Shown: in pieces, positions 40,690 through 54,371 of the stretch
How positions within the stretch are numbered: position 1 is the first letter of the stretch
Layout: each line of letters starts with the position of its first letter
From: Octopus sinensis
Lineage: Eukaryota
Assembly (NCBI RefSeq): GCF_006345805.1
Contig: NC_043001.1
Span: 61,256,001 to 61,320,000, forward strand
DNA: 64,000 bases
Direction: 5' to 3'
Made by a program: the position numbers and the translations under genes
Notes under the pieces: generated by a model
What the model was told of the DNA's origin: nothing
What the model saw: only the letters and a program-made list of their open reading frames with translations
Database searches by the model: none

Positions 40690-42370
40690 CATAAATACTA
40701 TTCCTGGAGATAAATATATCAACAAAAATCTACAGACGAATACTGATCTGCTAGCCTTAAGAAGATACGTTACGAGCAATGTTTTCGTGCATAAAACTCG
40801 GAGGGGGTGTTGTCTCAAAAAATTAGCCTTAAACAGACAAATCCATCTCCTAATGTCAACGTCCAAGCACGTCATGCTTCAATGACAACAATGCAAAATA
40901 CAAGCCGAATCGGCCGTCACCCGGAACACGAAGGACCACGTACTCGAACAACGAATCAGATTCTATGAGAAAAATCAACAGCTGGTTCAAATATTCCCGA
41001 AACACAGGAGCTAGAAATACCCCACAACCGAAATATTCCAACAGATAGTCATCCATGCTCGTCATCAAATAGCCAAAAGAAAAAAGATGAAAATGGTCTA
41101 GGGGATAAAATAAATACGTTCTTAAGTCCTCTATCATGCCATGTATTTCTCCACAAAGAAATCTAATACTGTACAAGCCTACTTAAACTGAAGACAGATA
41201 CACCTTGAAGTAAGAATTTACATAGATAGTAACAAACTTGCCAACTTTAGAAGAAACATCATGAAAGAGAAATTACTAACTGAATTAGATATTGACCAAA
41301 TTAAACAATCAGTAATGGATAAAAGGAAGAAAGAAGAAACTACAGAGGAAATAGTTATAGATCAACCAGGTCTGATGAAAATGCAATAATGATTGGTAGG
41401 GTTATAAGCAAAGTGATAAGCAAAGTGAAAAAATCTCTGAACCAACAATTAATACTAATGCAGATGAAAATAGTGCCGATGTTAACAAAGACCTTGCCCA
41501 TCAATGGTTAGTGTCTTCAGGCTTAAAATCAGAAACAGAAAGGTTTATCATAGCAGCTCAAAATCAAGGCCTACCTACAAGACTGTAGCAGGCCAACATA
41601 TTAAACAACGCCAGTAGCCCAACATGTCGTGTATGTAAAGAACAATATGAAATCATTGATCATGGTTTCTCCGTGCGGAGTCTTCTTGCGCCTACAGAGT
41701 ATCTCCACAGGCATAAAAGAGCAGCACAATGTCTTCAGTGGGTAATTTGCAAAACCAGGGACCTGCCCCATGATAAAAATTGGGGGAACATAATCCATCT
41801 CTAGTGCTTGAATATGGTCACATCCCACTACTTTGGAACTCCACCAATCAAACTGACAGAAAGATAGAAGCGAATAGGCCAGATATTATATTGAAAGACT
41901 TCAGACAAAAATCATGCATTTTACTTAACATGACTATCCCAATCGACCTAAATGTCTCTGTCAAGACCTACCAAAACTAAGCATATATAAAGATCTTGAA
42001 ATAGAAATTGGCAAAATATGGAAATATAGAAGATCAAGATGAAAGCAATACCTGTTTACAAAGGTGCCCTAGAAATCATAGCAAAAGAGGATGATTCCTA
42101 CCTAGTTCAGATACCAGGAAACCCCAAAATGTCGGAAGTTCAAAATAACTGCCTATATCGTACGTAAAACACTCTCTATGTAATCTCAAATTTTTATACA
42201 AACTCATAATTTTCTGATGTTTTCTTAAACATTCTCTAAAACAATACTATTTGCAAAACCAAATATATGACACTTCAAGCATAACAGCAACATGAAATTC
42301 TAACTTGTCACTTGACGTCTCTGGGTGAAACTTGGAGCTAACTTGTACAAATACAAAGCAAAAGTCAAAA

Positions 42371-42372
<2 letters not shown>
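40690..42372 (+). mobile_element. Internally deleted R4/Dong-like LINE ending in (TAA)n
   Basis: N-terminal NKLANFRRNI..KLLTELDIDQIK is joined almost directly to WLVSSGLKSETE, a CRVC knuckle and NRPDII (RLE); no RT seen; 3' UTR then (TAA)n at 42375-42455. Confidence 0.75.
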
Positions 42373-42447
<75 letters not shown>

Positions 42448-42469
42448 GTAATAATGCAGTTAATAAAGA

Positions 42470-43392
42470 ACAGCTGGTGGAGCGCGCAATAGGAGAAAAG
42501 GATAAATATGAAATACAAAGAGAGGACGTCAGACGAGTCGAAGAGAAAATTCATCGATGCCAATTTTGGAGATGCACTGAAGATATGTGGAACAAAATCT
42601 TGAGCTTGGTTAAGATGTGAGCAAAAAAAAAAAAAAAAAAGAAACATAGAGCCTAATTGTGGAATCCCAAGATCAAGCGATAAAAACAAGCAACTTTATA
42701 AAATTATATATGAAGACAATGTGTCAGGAAAATGTAGGGACTGTGGAACTTGGAACGAGATGATGGCACACCCTGTGGAGGACTATCCTAAGTCGGCACA
42801 GGAAGAGTATAAAAAAAGGAGGCACGACAAGGTAGTAAACGTTCTACTCTGGAGACTTTGCCAAAAATTGGGATTTGAAGCTGGGAACACATGGTACAAT
42901 CATCGTGTCGAAAGTACACTGGAGTTGGAGAAATGTAAGATTTTGTGGGGCTTTCTTCTTGAAACAGACAAAAATTAGAAGATAATTGACCAGACATAAC
43001 GATTATAGATGATGAATAGCGAAGTTGCTTACTTATCGACCTATCATGTCCTTTGACTCAAGGATCGTAAAGAAAGAAGAAAAACCGAAAAATACAATTC
43101 CATAAAATTTGAAACAGGAAGAATTTGGAGCATGCGCGTCGTGCCTAAAATGATTGGTGCGTTTGGAACAGGAATCCAAGATATAGACAAATAACTGAGG
43201 GAGATTGAAACAGAATACCCTGTAGAGCTCCTACAGGAAGTTTGTCTCTTCGGGACAGCAATGATTATCAAGAATGTTCTAATCATTTGAAAGACTGCTA
43301 AAATCTTGTCGATACCTAAAGTTATAGGTAGTTACCCGCTATCCACATAATTCCTACCAGGAATAAGAGCGAATCTGAGCCAAACTAAAATA
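42470..43392 (+). mobile_element. 5'-truncated R4/Dong-like LINE
   Basis: CRDCG..H...YKKRRHDKV..W, KILWGF, PDITIID, PKMIGAFG; 3' end tag ggtagttacccgctatccacataa. Confidence 0.8.
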
Positions 43393-43649
43393 TTAATCAG
43401 AATAACATCAGAAATAATAGGGAAGAGAAGTCTCTTCAGGCTTCCTCGGCGACCCCTCGAGACAAGGTATTTTAATAAAAACACTGATGGTTGTTTCACC
43501 TAAACAGCAAAGTTCTCTTCAGTATAAATGTCAAATACAAATATATAAAACAATGAAATGAACGAGACTGGCACTAAAAATAGTGTGTACGAGGGTAGAT
43601 GTGAACTCTCACAGCCTTGGCGAGGAACTCACTTAGTGATGGCGCCACG

Positions 43650-45508
43650 TTAAAAAGATTGCTTATTGCACAACCTTACAAATGCTACTTCTGAGTGATG
43701 TGAAAATTAAATAATAGCCACAACTGCGCTAGCGTAACTAGAACTGTTAACAGTGAAGGTGTTGAGCACAGCAAGCAGGGCGTATCTGATGAAACACCAG
43801 CAGGTCGTGATCAGGCTATTGGTCAGGACCAAAATCGCAGTCAAATGTGCAAAAAGAAAAACAATGAAATAGGAATAAGATGTAAACAAAATAGTAATAG
43901 AATGCTGGCTGAGAAGTGAACCGAACAAAAGAAACATTATGAATCGAATAAAGAGAATATGGGATGAAAAAGGAGGTTTTGGAGCATCTGCCCAGCGAAT
44001 GATAGACCAAGGAAGAGTGATCCGTAGGAATGACTGGATTACGGGAGTAGAGACTGAAGAAATTCAAAGTAGATTTTAAAAATAAAGCTGAAGGTGAGTG
44101 AAACAACAGTAGCAGAAAGAAGTAATGAAGGGGTAACAGATGAAAAAAATTAAACAGATGGAAATTGCAGAGTACAAGACAATATTGATAAAGTAACTAA
44201 TGAAAACGATTTAAATGGAAAAGTTTAACGTAAGTACTGCACAAACCTTGAATGATGAAGGGAAGGAGATTTTAGAGATGCTGCGAGTTAAAATGTCTGA
44301 TGGGAACAATGAAATGCAAACAAATGTAAAATATATGGATACAAAAAAGCAAGGAGAACCATAGGAAAAGTAAATGACATTTTAAGCTTCATTAAAACAG
44401 AAGACATCAGTGAAACAAACCAGATAATCATAGCTGCTGCTAATGTCGTAGCTAACAAAGTAGGCTACAAGCGAAAATCTGAAGATATAAAAGCAAATGA
44501 AAAGAAAGAACCAAACTGGAGGATGAGAATACAAATGAAGCTAGAAAAAACATGGAAAGAACTGGGACGATTGAATAGGATACTGAGAGGAGAGCTCAAG
44601 AATAAGGTAGCGATCAGAAAATTCAATTGACAGTACAGGTTAGAAAAAGGGGCGAAAACAAACATTACATGACACAAAAAAAAGTAACTGCATTAAAGGC
44701 CAAATTGAAAAGATATATCGCTAGATGCAAATGTTTCGAACAGAATAGACGGCTCCAATCAAATAGAAGGATTCTTTTTTGAGGAAGTAGGAGGCCAACA
44801 CCAGGAACTTATTCCAGATGCAGAAGAAGGTCAAGAATTTTGGGGAGGTCCGTGGACAGGCCATTGAGACATAACGAAAGAGCGGAGTGGCTAACAAACA
44901 TGGAATGACAATTTGCAACTGTACCAAAACAAAAGAATGTCAGAATTAGTCTATATACAGTAAGACGGAATTTTAAAAAAGTAGCAAATTGGAAAGGACC
45001 AGGCCCAGATAGATTACGAGGCTATTGGCGGAAGAACTTTATACAGCTGCATGAAAGGATCGCTGCGCAACTGGATGACCACAAACCTGCATGGATGACA
45101 AGTGGACGAACGCTGCCCTCTCAAGAATCCCTTAAGAGGGAACTTGGCATCAACTTTTCGACTTATAGCCTATTTACCAATTATGTTGAAGCTTATGACC
45201 GCTGTCTATGAGGAAGAGTTCGACAACATCAGTAACAATTCACTTCCAGAGGAACAGAATGGATGCAGGAAACAACGTAATAAAAGTGAACATCAAACAT
45301 AGAATATTCCAAGATGATAGCCTATCATAGATGATATAAAGGCTTATGCGAAAAATGAGAAATAGCTTGAAAGTCTTGTACAGCAAGACTTTTCAGGTTT
45401 CTAAGCACTTGAAAGTCTACTGGAAAATTGTGGATACTAAGGTTACAGGTAGTAACCCGCTATCCACATAAGCGCTACCAGGAATGAGACCAAATCTGAG
45501 TCAAATTA

Positions 45509-45510
<2 letters not shown>
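43650..45510 (+). mobile_element. Internally deleted R4/Dong-like LINE of the same family as 42470-43392
   Basis: N-terminal KRIWDEKG..QRMIDQGRVIRRNDWI, NWKGPGPD.LRGYW and LPEEQNGCRK, then a jump to the same 3' end (45437-45510) and (TAA)n. Confidence 0.75.
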
Positions 45511-45560
<50 letters not shown>

Positions 45561-45584
45561 TAATAATAATAATAATAATAATAA

Positions 45585-45627
<43 letters not shown>

Positions 45628-45629
45628 TA

Positions 45630-46200
45630 ACAAAGGACCGATACTGCAACGACGAGATTGAAACAGTAGACTACCTAATCTCTGGATGTAAGTTTTTAGC
45701 AACAGTAGAGTATAAATCAAGGTATGACAGAATTGGCCAACATCTAAACTGGATAATATGTCGGCATTACAAAATCAAAACGGCTGACAAATGGTACAAG
45801 CACCATCCTGAGGCTGTAAATGAGGAAGAATATGTAACGATTCTCTGGGACATTCCGGTACATACGGACCGAACCATCAAAGCTAATTAACCAGATTTTG
45901 TTGTGAAAGACCAAAACAACAATATCTGTTTATTGATTGACATGAGCATACCCTGTGAGCATATCTCCGCGAAATAATTTGATAAGATCAGAAAATATAA
46001 AGATATGCTCAGTGAAGTCGAAAAAATGTGGCATCTCAAGACGGTTACAATACCAATGATTGTAGGTGCACATGGAATGATGGAAAAAGGATCTGAATAA
46101 TTATTTGAGGATGACCCCTGGCCTACCATTCATGCAGGAATTTTTTTTAAGTGTCTTAGCTGGTACGTCACACGTATTGAGAAGATCATTGTCGCCGTGA
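45630..46200 (+). mobile_element. RLE LINE C-terminal fragment
   Basis: ETVDYLISGC, ILWDIPVHTDRTIKAN*PDFVVKD, LIDMSIP, KYKD, IPMIVGAHG. Confidence 0.85.
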
Positions 46201-47737
46201 ATTTCCTTTCATTTCCCCCCTTTATTTTCTTTTTGTTTTTTTCTTCATTTTGTTCTTTTTTCTTCGTTCCTTTTTCTCTCTGTCTTACTTCCCCTTCTTT
46301 TTGTAACACATGACCTTCAAAATGAACAATAATAAGTCTTTTTGTTCCAGGCACAAGGCCTGAAATTTTAGGGAAGGGACTATTGATTTCATTGACCCCA
46401 GTGTTCAAAATATACTTATTTTATCGACCCTGAAAGGATAAAAGGCAAAGGAATTTGAACTCAGAACGTGTAGCAGAGTCGTTAGCGGTATTTCGTCCTT
46501 CTTTGTGTTCTGAGTAAATTTGGTAATGAGACATTCACGAGTGTAATCGTCAACAATAAAAGGCCGATTAGGATAGAGCTGGTTCATTTTAGAATAAAGG
46601 GAGCCTTAGGTGGAAACTTAGAAAAAGTCGATTAGGACAGACATCGTAACATAAGTTCTTGCGGTAAGTCTGGCCTTCGATCAATTCTTCAAAGTGAAGC
46701 ACAAAGCTGCACTGCCAGAGCTAAGGCAAGTACTCTAAAAAACGTGAGGAGGAATGTCGCGCGATAAACCTGAGTAGAAGAGGCTAAAGTTGGCAATAAA
46801 ACTACAATTCCGTTTGGGTAGACAATAATGGCTATATGTTTATCAACCCCAAGCAGATGCATAAGATTCTTGGTTCAACAGTTCAGGGCGCATAGCAGTC
46901 TAGAACACAGAATACCTACCTCGATGGCCTGCATCGACGATCGGTATAAGTGTTAGGTACACAGGGTGGGGTAAATCGCCAGACAACATCGCATTGAAAA
47001 ATGTTGCTTCATAACTCTCAAAGGACCCTTTGTCTCTAATAATCATATAAAAGTGTCAACCGAACCCTAGATGTGTAAAAAAATTACAAAGAACCGTGCT
47101 TGTTGTGGACTTGAATCCCATCAGTCCTTTCTTCTAACTCTCTCAAGCACTCTAATTTCATACCTCAGGTTTTATAACTTGTTGAATTGTGTTTTGCACA
47201 TCCATCTTTCCAAGTACAGCGGAATCCTTATGATATTATGGCGCATACAAGCGCTTCTGGTCGCAGTGGTGCAAATGGTGACTGCCATCTCGTAAAACTC
47301 TCGAGTTGCCAGGTAGCTTATTGGGAAAATATATCTTCTGGATATGCTTCTCTTGACGCTGGTTTCGTATATTGAATCTTCCGATGTCTGTGATTGAATA
47401 CGATAGTTTCTCTGGGCGTTCTTATGTTCTTGATGATTTTCTTGTCATCGAAGGATATTTATTTTCTTAGTGGATTTGACATTGTTTATTTTATCAGTGC
47501 TATTGTGTTCATGTCATTTGGCTTGTTGCAAGTTACAGTGTTACTTTGCTTCAATATGAGATGACGTCACTGTAATAGTAGCTGCAGTAGCTTCGTCTGT
47601 GACGTCAATGCATTTTATTACTATAGTTTTAGTACGTGTGCCAGTAATAAGAGAGATTCAGTTAGCATTCTGAAAGTTGATTAATCTTCCTCTCTGCCTG
47701 TCCGTCTCTCATTCTCTCTTTCACTCTCTCACTCATT

Positions 47738-47778
<41 letters not shown>

Positions 47779-49342
47779 ATATATATATATATATGTATAT
47801 GTATCTCACACACACACACACACTCTCTCTCTCTCTCTCTCTCTCATTTGTCTCTTACTTTCATAACACTTCGCTTCGAACATGATTCCTTGGTTGGAAT
47901 CCATTTTTATTTTAAAACTATATTGATTTTTTTAAGTAATAATGTTTCAATGAGAAGACGGAATCAGAGGGGGTCATCACAAAAACGAAAACCACGCCTA
48001 AGTGTAGTGGTTCAACTTCTGACCATGATTTCATTAACAGAAAAAGAAACAAGCTGCTATTCGGGTAAACAACGACAATAATTATAAAACATTGCGCCAC
48101 TAAATAAAAACAATTATAAACGATAACTTAGGAATTTCAACGTGAAAATAATCATTGTAATGCATCCAATATTAATACTAATGTCAATTACAAAAGAATA
48201 TGGTGTTTTTAGAACGTAAAGATGTAAACATAAGTGGTGTTCTGTGCAGATATTATGCTTATCCAACTAGGTATTTTTCTTTGAAATAACATGCAGCTCG
48301 TGCACATAATCAGGAAAATGCAGGACAGACTTTCATACGAGGTGAACAGTTGAGTACAAGCAGATCATCGAGAAAACACCGAGTAAGTAAACACAGCTTC
48401 AAATTATTACGCACAAAATTATTTTAAAAGAACCTTTTAAACAGTTAAACAGACAATCGTAAATAACGGGATTGTCAATGCAACACCATTGTGTTTACAG
48501 GAGCAAATTAAAGTTACACTTCTTGGGAGTAGTTAAGTGGGAATATGGCATGAAGGTTACCAGATAGTTTTATTACGGTCTTCTTTGAGTCCTTTGTAGC
48601 TGATTCTCATTACATCCACGATCAAAACTAGAAATCAGTACACTATGTCTATGTGATCCACTAGCTTTTGTTGGACATCCGAACCGCTGCGAATTTCATT
48701 CTGTTCTGAAAGAGTTTTAATTCTCCTGCTCACTGAGGAAAGGCAAATCTTCGCCTACGCTATTTCACAGCAAAAGAATTTTTCAAACAAGTGTCCACTA
48801 TTCCAGAAAAAATAAACTTGCATTTGTTTTCTTAGAGATGTGGGTAATGTTTCATATCTCGGTACGGAAAAGATATGTTGACATCGTCAGGTATATTCGC
48901 TCATAATTGGATATGGCTACACCTCCGGCAAGAGAGCTCCTGGCGGTTTGCTTTGTGCTGATGTTGCTATGCCAGTAGCAGACTATTTTTCCATCTTCAT
49001 TGTCATTAACTATTTGCTGGAAAGTGAAGTTCTTGAATTCCGGATTCACTTTCACTAATTTCTTCTCAGAACGGTCTCCGTATAACCAGAAATCATTTTC
49101 GACTTAGTTTTGGGCGGTGACCGAAATGGAATTCATTAGAAAGTTAATGCTCCTGTACTGTGAAAGTATACAGTGTGACCTTCCAAAATGTTTAATAAAT
49201 TCCATATATGCCATGTGCAAAATATAAAGAAGGCGATATCAGCAATAATACAATAATATAATAATTATGATGATGACGATGGTGAGAAGGAGGAAGGGGA
49301 TGAAACTATTATTACTATTAACAACAACAACAATAACGATAA

Positions 49343-49410
<68 letters not shown>

Positions 49411-50489
49411 CATTTGGTATTCTTCAGTAACCACCACGGTCGGCAAAAACATCGAGGAGGTTTCAGGATCCATACAGTGTAAAATTACATGAAAACCTTT
49501 GTAAAAATATAAATAACAATGGCAAAATATTCAAACAATGATGTTACACCAGTATCATCACAGGTCACAGGCACAAATAGGTTAAGGGGTACAGCATAAT
49601 TATTCAAATGCTGTAAGAACCTCGAAGCCTTCTCGTAGAAAACTCACAATAATCACCCTGAAATTTAAGTTAAATGCCCTCTACCAGTTTACTCGGCCGT
49701 ACATGCCACTCTCAGTTATTGTTTCTCAACACAAACTTTCTCTTTGTGTTACAATGATGTATTTTGCAGGCACTGTGTTTGAGCTAATGGAGATTTCCAG
49801 GATCTAGTTCACGTAATATCACATTTATATATTTTTACAATTCTACCATGCTTTTGAATGATTGTCTGATCCACACACATGTGGTTACAGAAGCAAACGA
49901 ATATATCCTTGTAGCTTTGTTGGTGTTATTATTATTGTTGTGCATATTGATTATTTTCTTCACTATCAGTGGACAGTTTCGACGCGGATAGTTTCGACAC
50001 GGTGACACTTAATTTTGTTTTCTTTGGTATAGTGTCGTTGTTATGGCTACACATATACTTCTGATACAGATGTATGCAGATGTATGGCAAACTAATTTCT
50101 TCACTCCTTCTTACTTTGTCGTTCGTAGTGTCAATAGACTTTCTCTATTCCTTTTTTATAATCATCTCCGGTGACTATTGTTACTTTTTCTCGGGAATTC
50201 AGTTCTGGACATACAAAATTGAGATAATTTACAAAAAAAAAAAAAAACAGTATGCTTACAAAAAGGTGCGCATTTGTTCGCCTGAACAGAATTTACATAA
50301 TCTAATAAAAACACATCGGTACAAGTTTGGTAATTTTAGAACCTAAGATGTTGAAAAAAATGATTTTAGCTGATAGATAGAAACCCGAACCGTGAAATTG
50401 AATTGCGAATAAAACGAGCTCAGAAACAAAAAGCCGGAACGCACTTAATAGGGAGAAATAAGGACAAAACTCAATCAGAGTAAATTATG

Positions 50490-50950
50490 AATTTACTGAA
50501 ATAGAAAGGATAGTGCTGACCATTATTTAGGTGAGTGCTATTAGTTAGCACAAAAGATATATAAGCGTAGTTATGACAATGTAGGCAAAAGAGTGCATTG
50601 GGATGAGTATGTGCATTCAAGATGGCGGAAAGGTGGTATGAAAACGAGACAACTTGTGATGTAGAATAATAATTACGTGATTTTATCAAATTTTTATTTT
50701 ATCAGTGACCATACTTTTAATGCAAAGATGCAGAAAGTGATTGCAAAGTGCAAAGTAGCAAACAGCATAAAGTCATAGGTTTTGTAATACCGCATTATAA
50801 TATAGTACTTACCAGGTTCAGAAAATTTGAGGAATATACTGATGTAGCCAGCCAGGAATGAAGTGATTGTCGAAGACAAAAGTGAATTTCTTTCTAGTGG
50901 AAATTACTGGTCAGACCATTACCTAGGAGTGTGTAGTGTAATGGCATGCA
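50490..50950 (+). mobile_element. Highly decayed RLE LINE C-terminal remnant
   Basis: Fragments resembling DHYL.EC..LAQK.YK..YDNVGKRVHWD..WYE. Confidence 0.4.
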
Positions 50951-52195
50951 TTGGAGACTAGCAGAAAATGTCATTCCTGAATACTGGAGGAATTGTAATA
51001 TTCTTGAGATTTGAAGGATTTATTGATACCCTAAAACAAGGCAAAAACCTTGCCAATTAAACTGTCAATATTAGTACATTCATCTATTTCCCATCAGTGC
51101 GGCGGGATTTAAATAACTCGTTGGGATTTACAGACAAATATCGACTGAGTAAAATATGATACAAAACTATAAATGGGCTATCATATGTATGAACTATCAT
51201 TGTTATACAGTCACCAGTTACAAAAGTATTTCCAATTAGATTAATGAGCTATTGTTGTTATACGGTCTCCAGTTACAGAAGAAATCCACCATATCCTGAC
51301 ACTAAGGACCAATGTTTCCCCACCAGCAGTTCTCCAAATTACAGGAGGAATTTTAGACCTTACGCAACATTAAATAAATTAACTCGTCTGCTACGCGCCA
51401 AACTGTTCGTTGAAACCTGGAGCGAATGTTATGTACGACGTCCTACCAATGGTACCTCTTATTTTCATCAACCTCACTACACTCGGATCACAACTCTTAG
51501 ATTTTTTCTGTTCTACTTCCAGTGGTGAAAAACATCCCCCGAAATTGTCGCCAAAAAAATTTGGCATGATTTCATAAAGCTCAATGGAAATGCTTCTGGA
51601 AAGCCACGTACAGCTGCTGGAGGTCGACGAACATGCATCAGGCTGTGTCTTTCAAAACACGAACTGTGAAATTATTTCTGCCCCGGATCTATCGGACATC
51701 TTTTAGCGCACAAAATCTACTTCTGACAATAGAGATTTATGTTTCGTGTTGAAGAAATTTTCACAGGCCATCCACATTTCATTACCTAACTTACAGTGCC
51801 CGAGCTAAACACTTTTTATACAACTAACACTCCCTGCAATCTACCTCTTTCTATTTTACGAGCTTTGCTAAACGACCCTTGACTTTAGAATGATCCGTCA
51901 CCAATCCTTGATAATGGGCCACGACATTAGTTGGTTAGTCGATTCCTAACCTAATCCCTACTGCATTTGCAAACGTGTAAAGAAGCTGAGGTTCAAGGCC
52001 GATCATATTCTTCTACACTGCAGCCGACAACATTGAAAGAAGTATGAAGATACTACATCCCACTATTCACCGACTTATGAAAAAACTCATCTTGTTGCGA
52101 TATTTCTCCACGTGACTGAAGTGCAATGCATGCCTCCCGTTGTTGCTAGACATTGGGATGGACCATGTGTCTTTATGTATGCATATATGCATATG

Positions 52196-52261
<66 letters not shown>

Positions 52262-52266
<5 letters not shown>

Positions 52267-52520
52267 GTGAAGGGAAGAAATGGAGCTGAACGAAGATTCT
52301 ACAAAATTCCTTTTTATTATTTTCTACACATGTTTCAAAGGCTGCAAATTTCCAAATTCAGATTGAATAAGGAGACCATTTTGCAGCTTTCTCTTCAGGA
52401 AAATCCAGGAATTTAAATCTCCAAAACAAATGCGCAGCAAGCTATTCGAACAAAACGCTCCCTAGGAGCCCATGATATGAATGACACAAAACTGTCTCTC
52501 AATGTGCGTTGATGTCAGGG
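52262..52520 (-). mobile_element. PLE non-coding terminal (pLTR-like) fragment homologous to about 930-1165
   Basis: Shared catgggctc.tagg.agc..gttcga, the same HHR, and gttcagctccatttcttc..ttcac before (TA)n. Confidence 0.75.
52319..52404 (-). ncRNA. Type I hammerhead ribozyme, intact core, long helix II
   Basis: attttc-CTGAAGA-gaaagctgcaaa...tttgcagccttt-GAAA-catgtg-TA-gaaaat; 6-bp helix I; GUA site. Confidence 0.85.
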
Positions 52521-52927
52521 TGGGTGAAGGCCGACGAAAAAGTCCGTTGGAATAAATCGAGGTCAAACTGCGGTTAAATTTGGTAGGGGAAGAATTACAG
52601 AAAACCAAAGGGTGTGAATATATTCTGTATAACCAATGTTAATGTTCGAATTGTTTTAAGAATAAAAGCTATCTTATTTGGGTGTGAGAAACTACCTACA
52701 TGTATGTGTGTGTGCGCCTGTGTATGTGTGGCAGTATGTTAGGAAGCAGCTAGAGGGAAATTATATTGCAGATATTGTTGGTCAAGCGGCTGATAAAAGT
52801 CTGTGTCTGTGTGTTCGTCTGTGGCCAGTTTATATACAGATGACTTGTCAAACAAGGGGAGTATAATCCCTGATATTGTTTCTAAATAAGTAGCAGATCA
52901 TACGCTAAAAGGGGAGTAATATATATG

Positions 52928-53046
52928 GCTTACGGCCATATCACGTTGAAAGCACCGGTTCTCGTCTGATCACCGAAGTTAAGCAACGTCGAGCCTAGTC
53001 AGTACTTAGATGGGTGACCGCTTGGGAAACCTAGGTGCAGTAAGCA
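52928..53046 (+). rRNA. Dispersed 5S rRNA copy, probably a pseudogene or retrocopy
   Basis: gcttacggccatatcacgttgaaagcaccggttctcgtctgatcaccgaagttaagcaacg...gtacttagatgggtgaccg...gcagtaagc; about 119 nt; ends pair with one mismatch (53039); A-box and C-box recognisable; no oligo-T terminator; single copy. Confidence 0.9.
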
Positions 53047-53061
53047 TAGCACATTGTTTAT

Positions 53062-53470
53062 AGGCACAGGAGTGGCTGTGTGGTAAGTAGCTTGCTAACC
53101 AGCCACATGGTTCTGGGTTCAATCCCACTGCGTGGCATCTTGGGCAGATGTCTTCTGCTATAGCCCCGGGCCGACCAATGCCTTGTGAGTGGATTTGGTA
53201 GACGGAAACTGAAAGAAGCCTGTCGTATATATGTATATATATATATGTATGTGTATGTATATGTTTGTGTGCCTGTGTTTGTCCCTCTAGCATTGCTTGA
53301 CAACCGATGCTGGTGTGTTTACGTCCCCGTCACTTAGCGGTTCGGCAAAAGAGACAGATAGAATAAGTACTGGGCTTACAAAGAATAAGTCCCGGGGTCG
53401 ATTTGCTCGACTAAAGGCGATGCTCCAGCATGGCCGCAGTCAAATGACTGAAACAAGTCAAAAGAGTAAA
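53062..53470 (+). mobile_element. tRNA-derived SINE
   Basis: Same family as 16490-16901; starts 15 nt after the 5S copy. Confidence 0.85.
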
Positions 53471-53482
53471 AATAAAAAAGAG

Positions 53483-53517
<35 letters not shown>

Positions 53518-53563
53518 TGTGTGTATTTGTGTGTGTGTATGTGTGTGTGTGTGTATGTGTGTG

Positions 53564-53598
<35 letters not shown>

Positions 53599-53815
53599 TG
53601 TGTATTTGTGTGTGTGTATGTGTGTGTGTGTGTATGTGTGTGTTTGTGTGTGTGTGTGTGTACAGAGAGAGAGAGAGAGATTCAGAGAAAATGGGAGCGC
53701 ACCTCCTGCAAAATTAAAAGCAAATATACATATTTCTCAACAACTGCACACACACATATGCACTCACATAAATATACAAAGTTATATATACATATGTTTA
53801 TAAGTATGTATATAT

Positions 53816-54371
53816 ATCGTGTTGCATATTTGCCATTTGAATATGGCTAACCCATAAGGGTGGATGCTACTGTAGTTTGTAGCCCCAGGAAGATATCTCC
53901 TCCAGCTGGCCATAGACACACTATCTGTGTCCTGTCAGTATTTGTGAAGGGGAGTCATCCTCCCCGTCTTCAACACACGTACCCGAGTTTCAAGGTATTT
54001 ACCCTTCATCAGCGTGTGACAATCACGGTTGTCGATGAGAAGTCAGATCCCTTCACAAATACATATACTTTTTCCAGTGTCGATTTGACACTGATATTGA
54101 AAAAGTGAAATCAAACAATGATAAATCTCAGAGCGAGTTATAAACAGTAGCGGTAACACATCGTGTTGCATATTTGCCATTTGAATATGGCTCCCCTTCA
54201 CAAATACTGACAGGACACAGATAGTGTGTCTATGTCCAGCTGGAGGAGATATCTTCCTGGGGCTACAAACTACAGTAGCATCCACCCTTATGGGTTAGCC
54301 ATATTCAAATGGCAAATATGCAACACGATGTGTTACCGCTACTGTTTATAACTCGCTCTGAGATTTATCAT

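Noticed and set aside
43420-43520. HDV-like ribozyme candidate (ttcctcg loop) ahead of the RLE LINE; also examined 29195-29240 and 34590-34637
   Set aside because: I could not assemble P1, P1.1 and P2 in the required nested order; only simple hairpins.
48400-49060. Possible hAT/ZBED-like transposase remnant (also 51240-52130)
   Set aside because: Only vague similarity in broken frames; needs a tBLASTn or HMM search to support.
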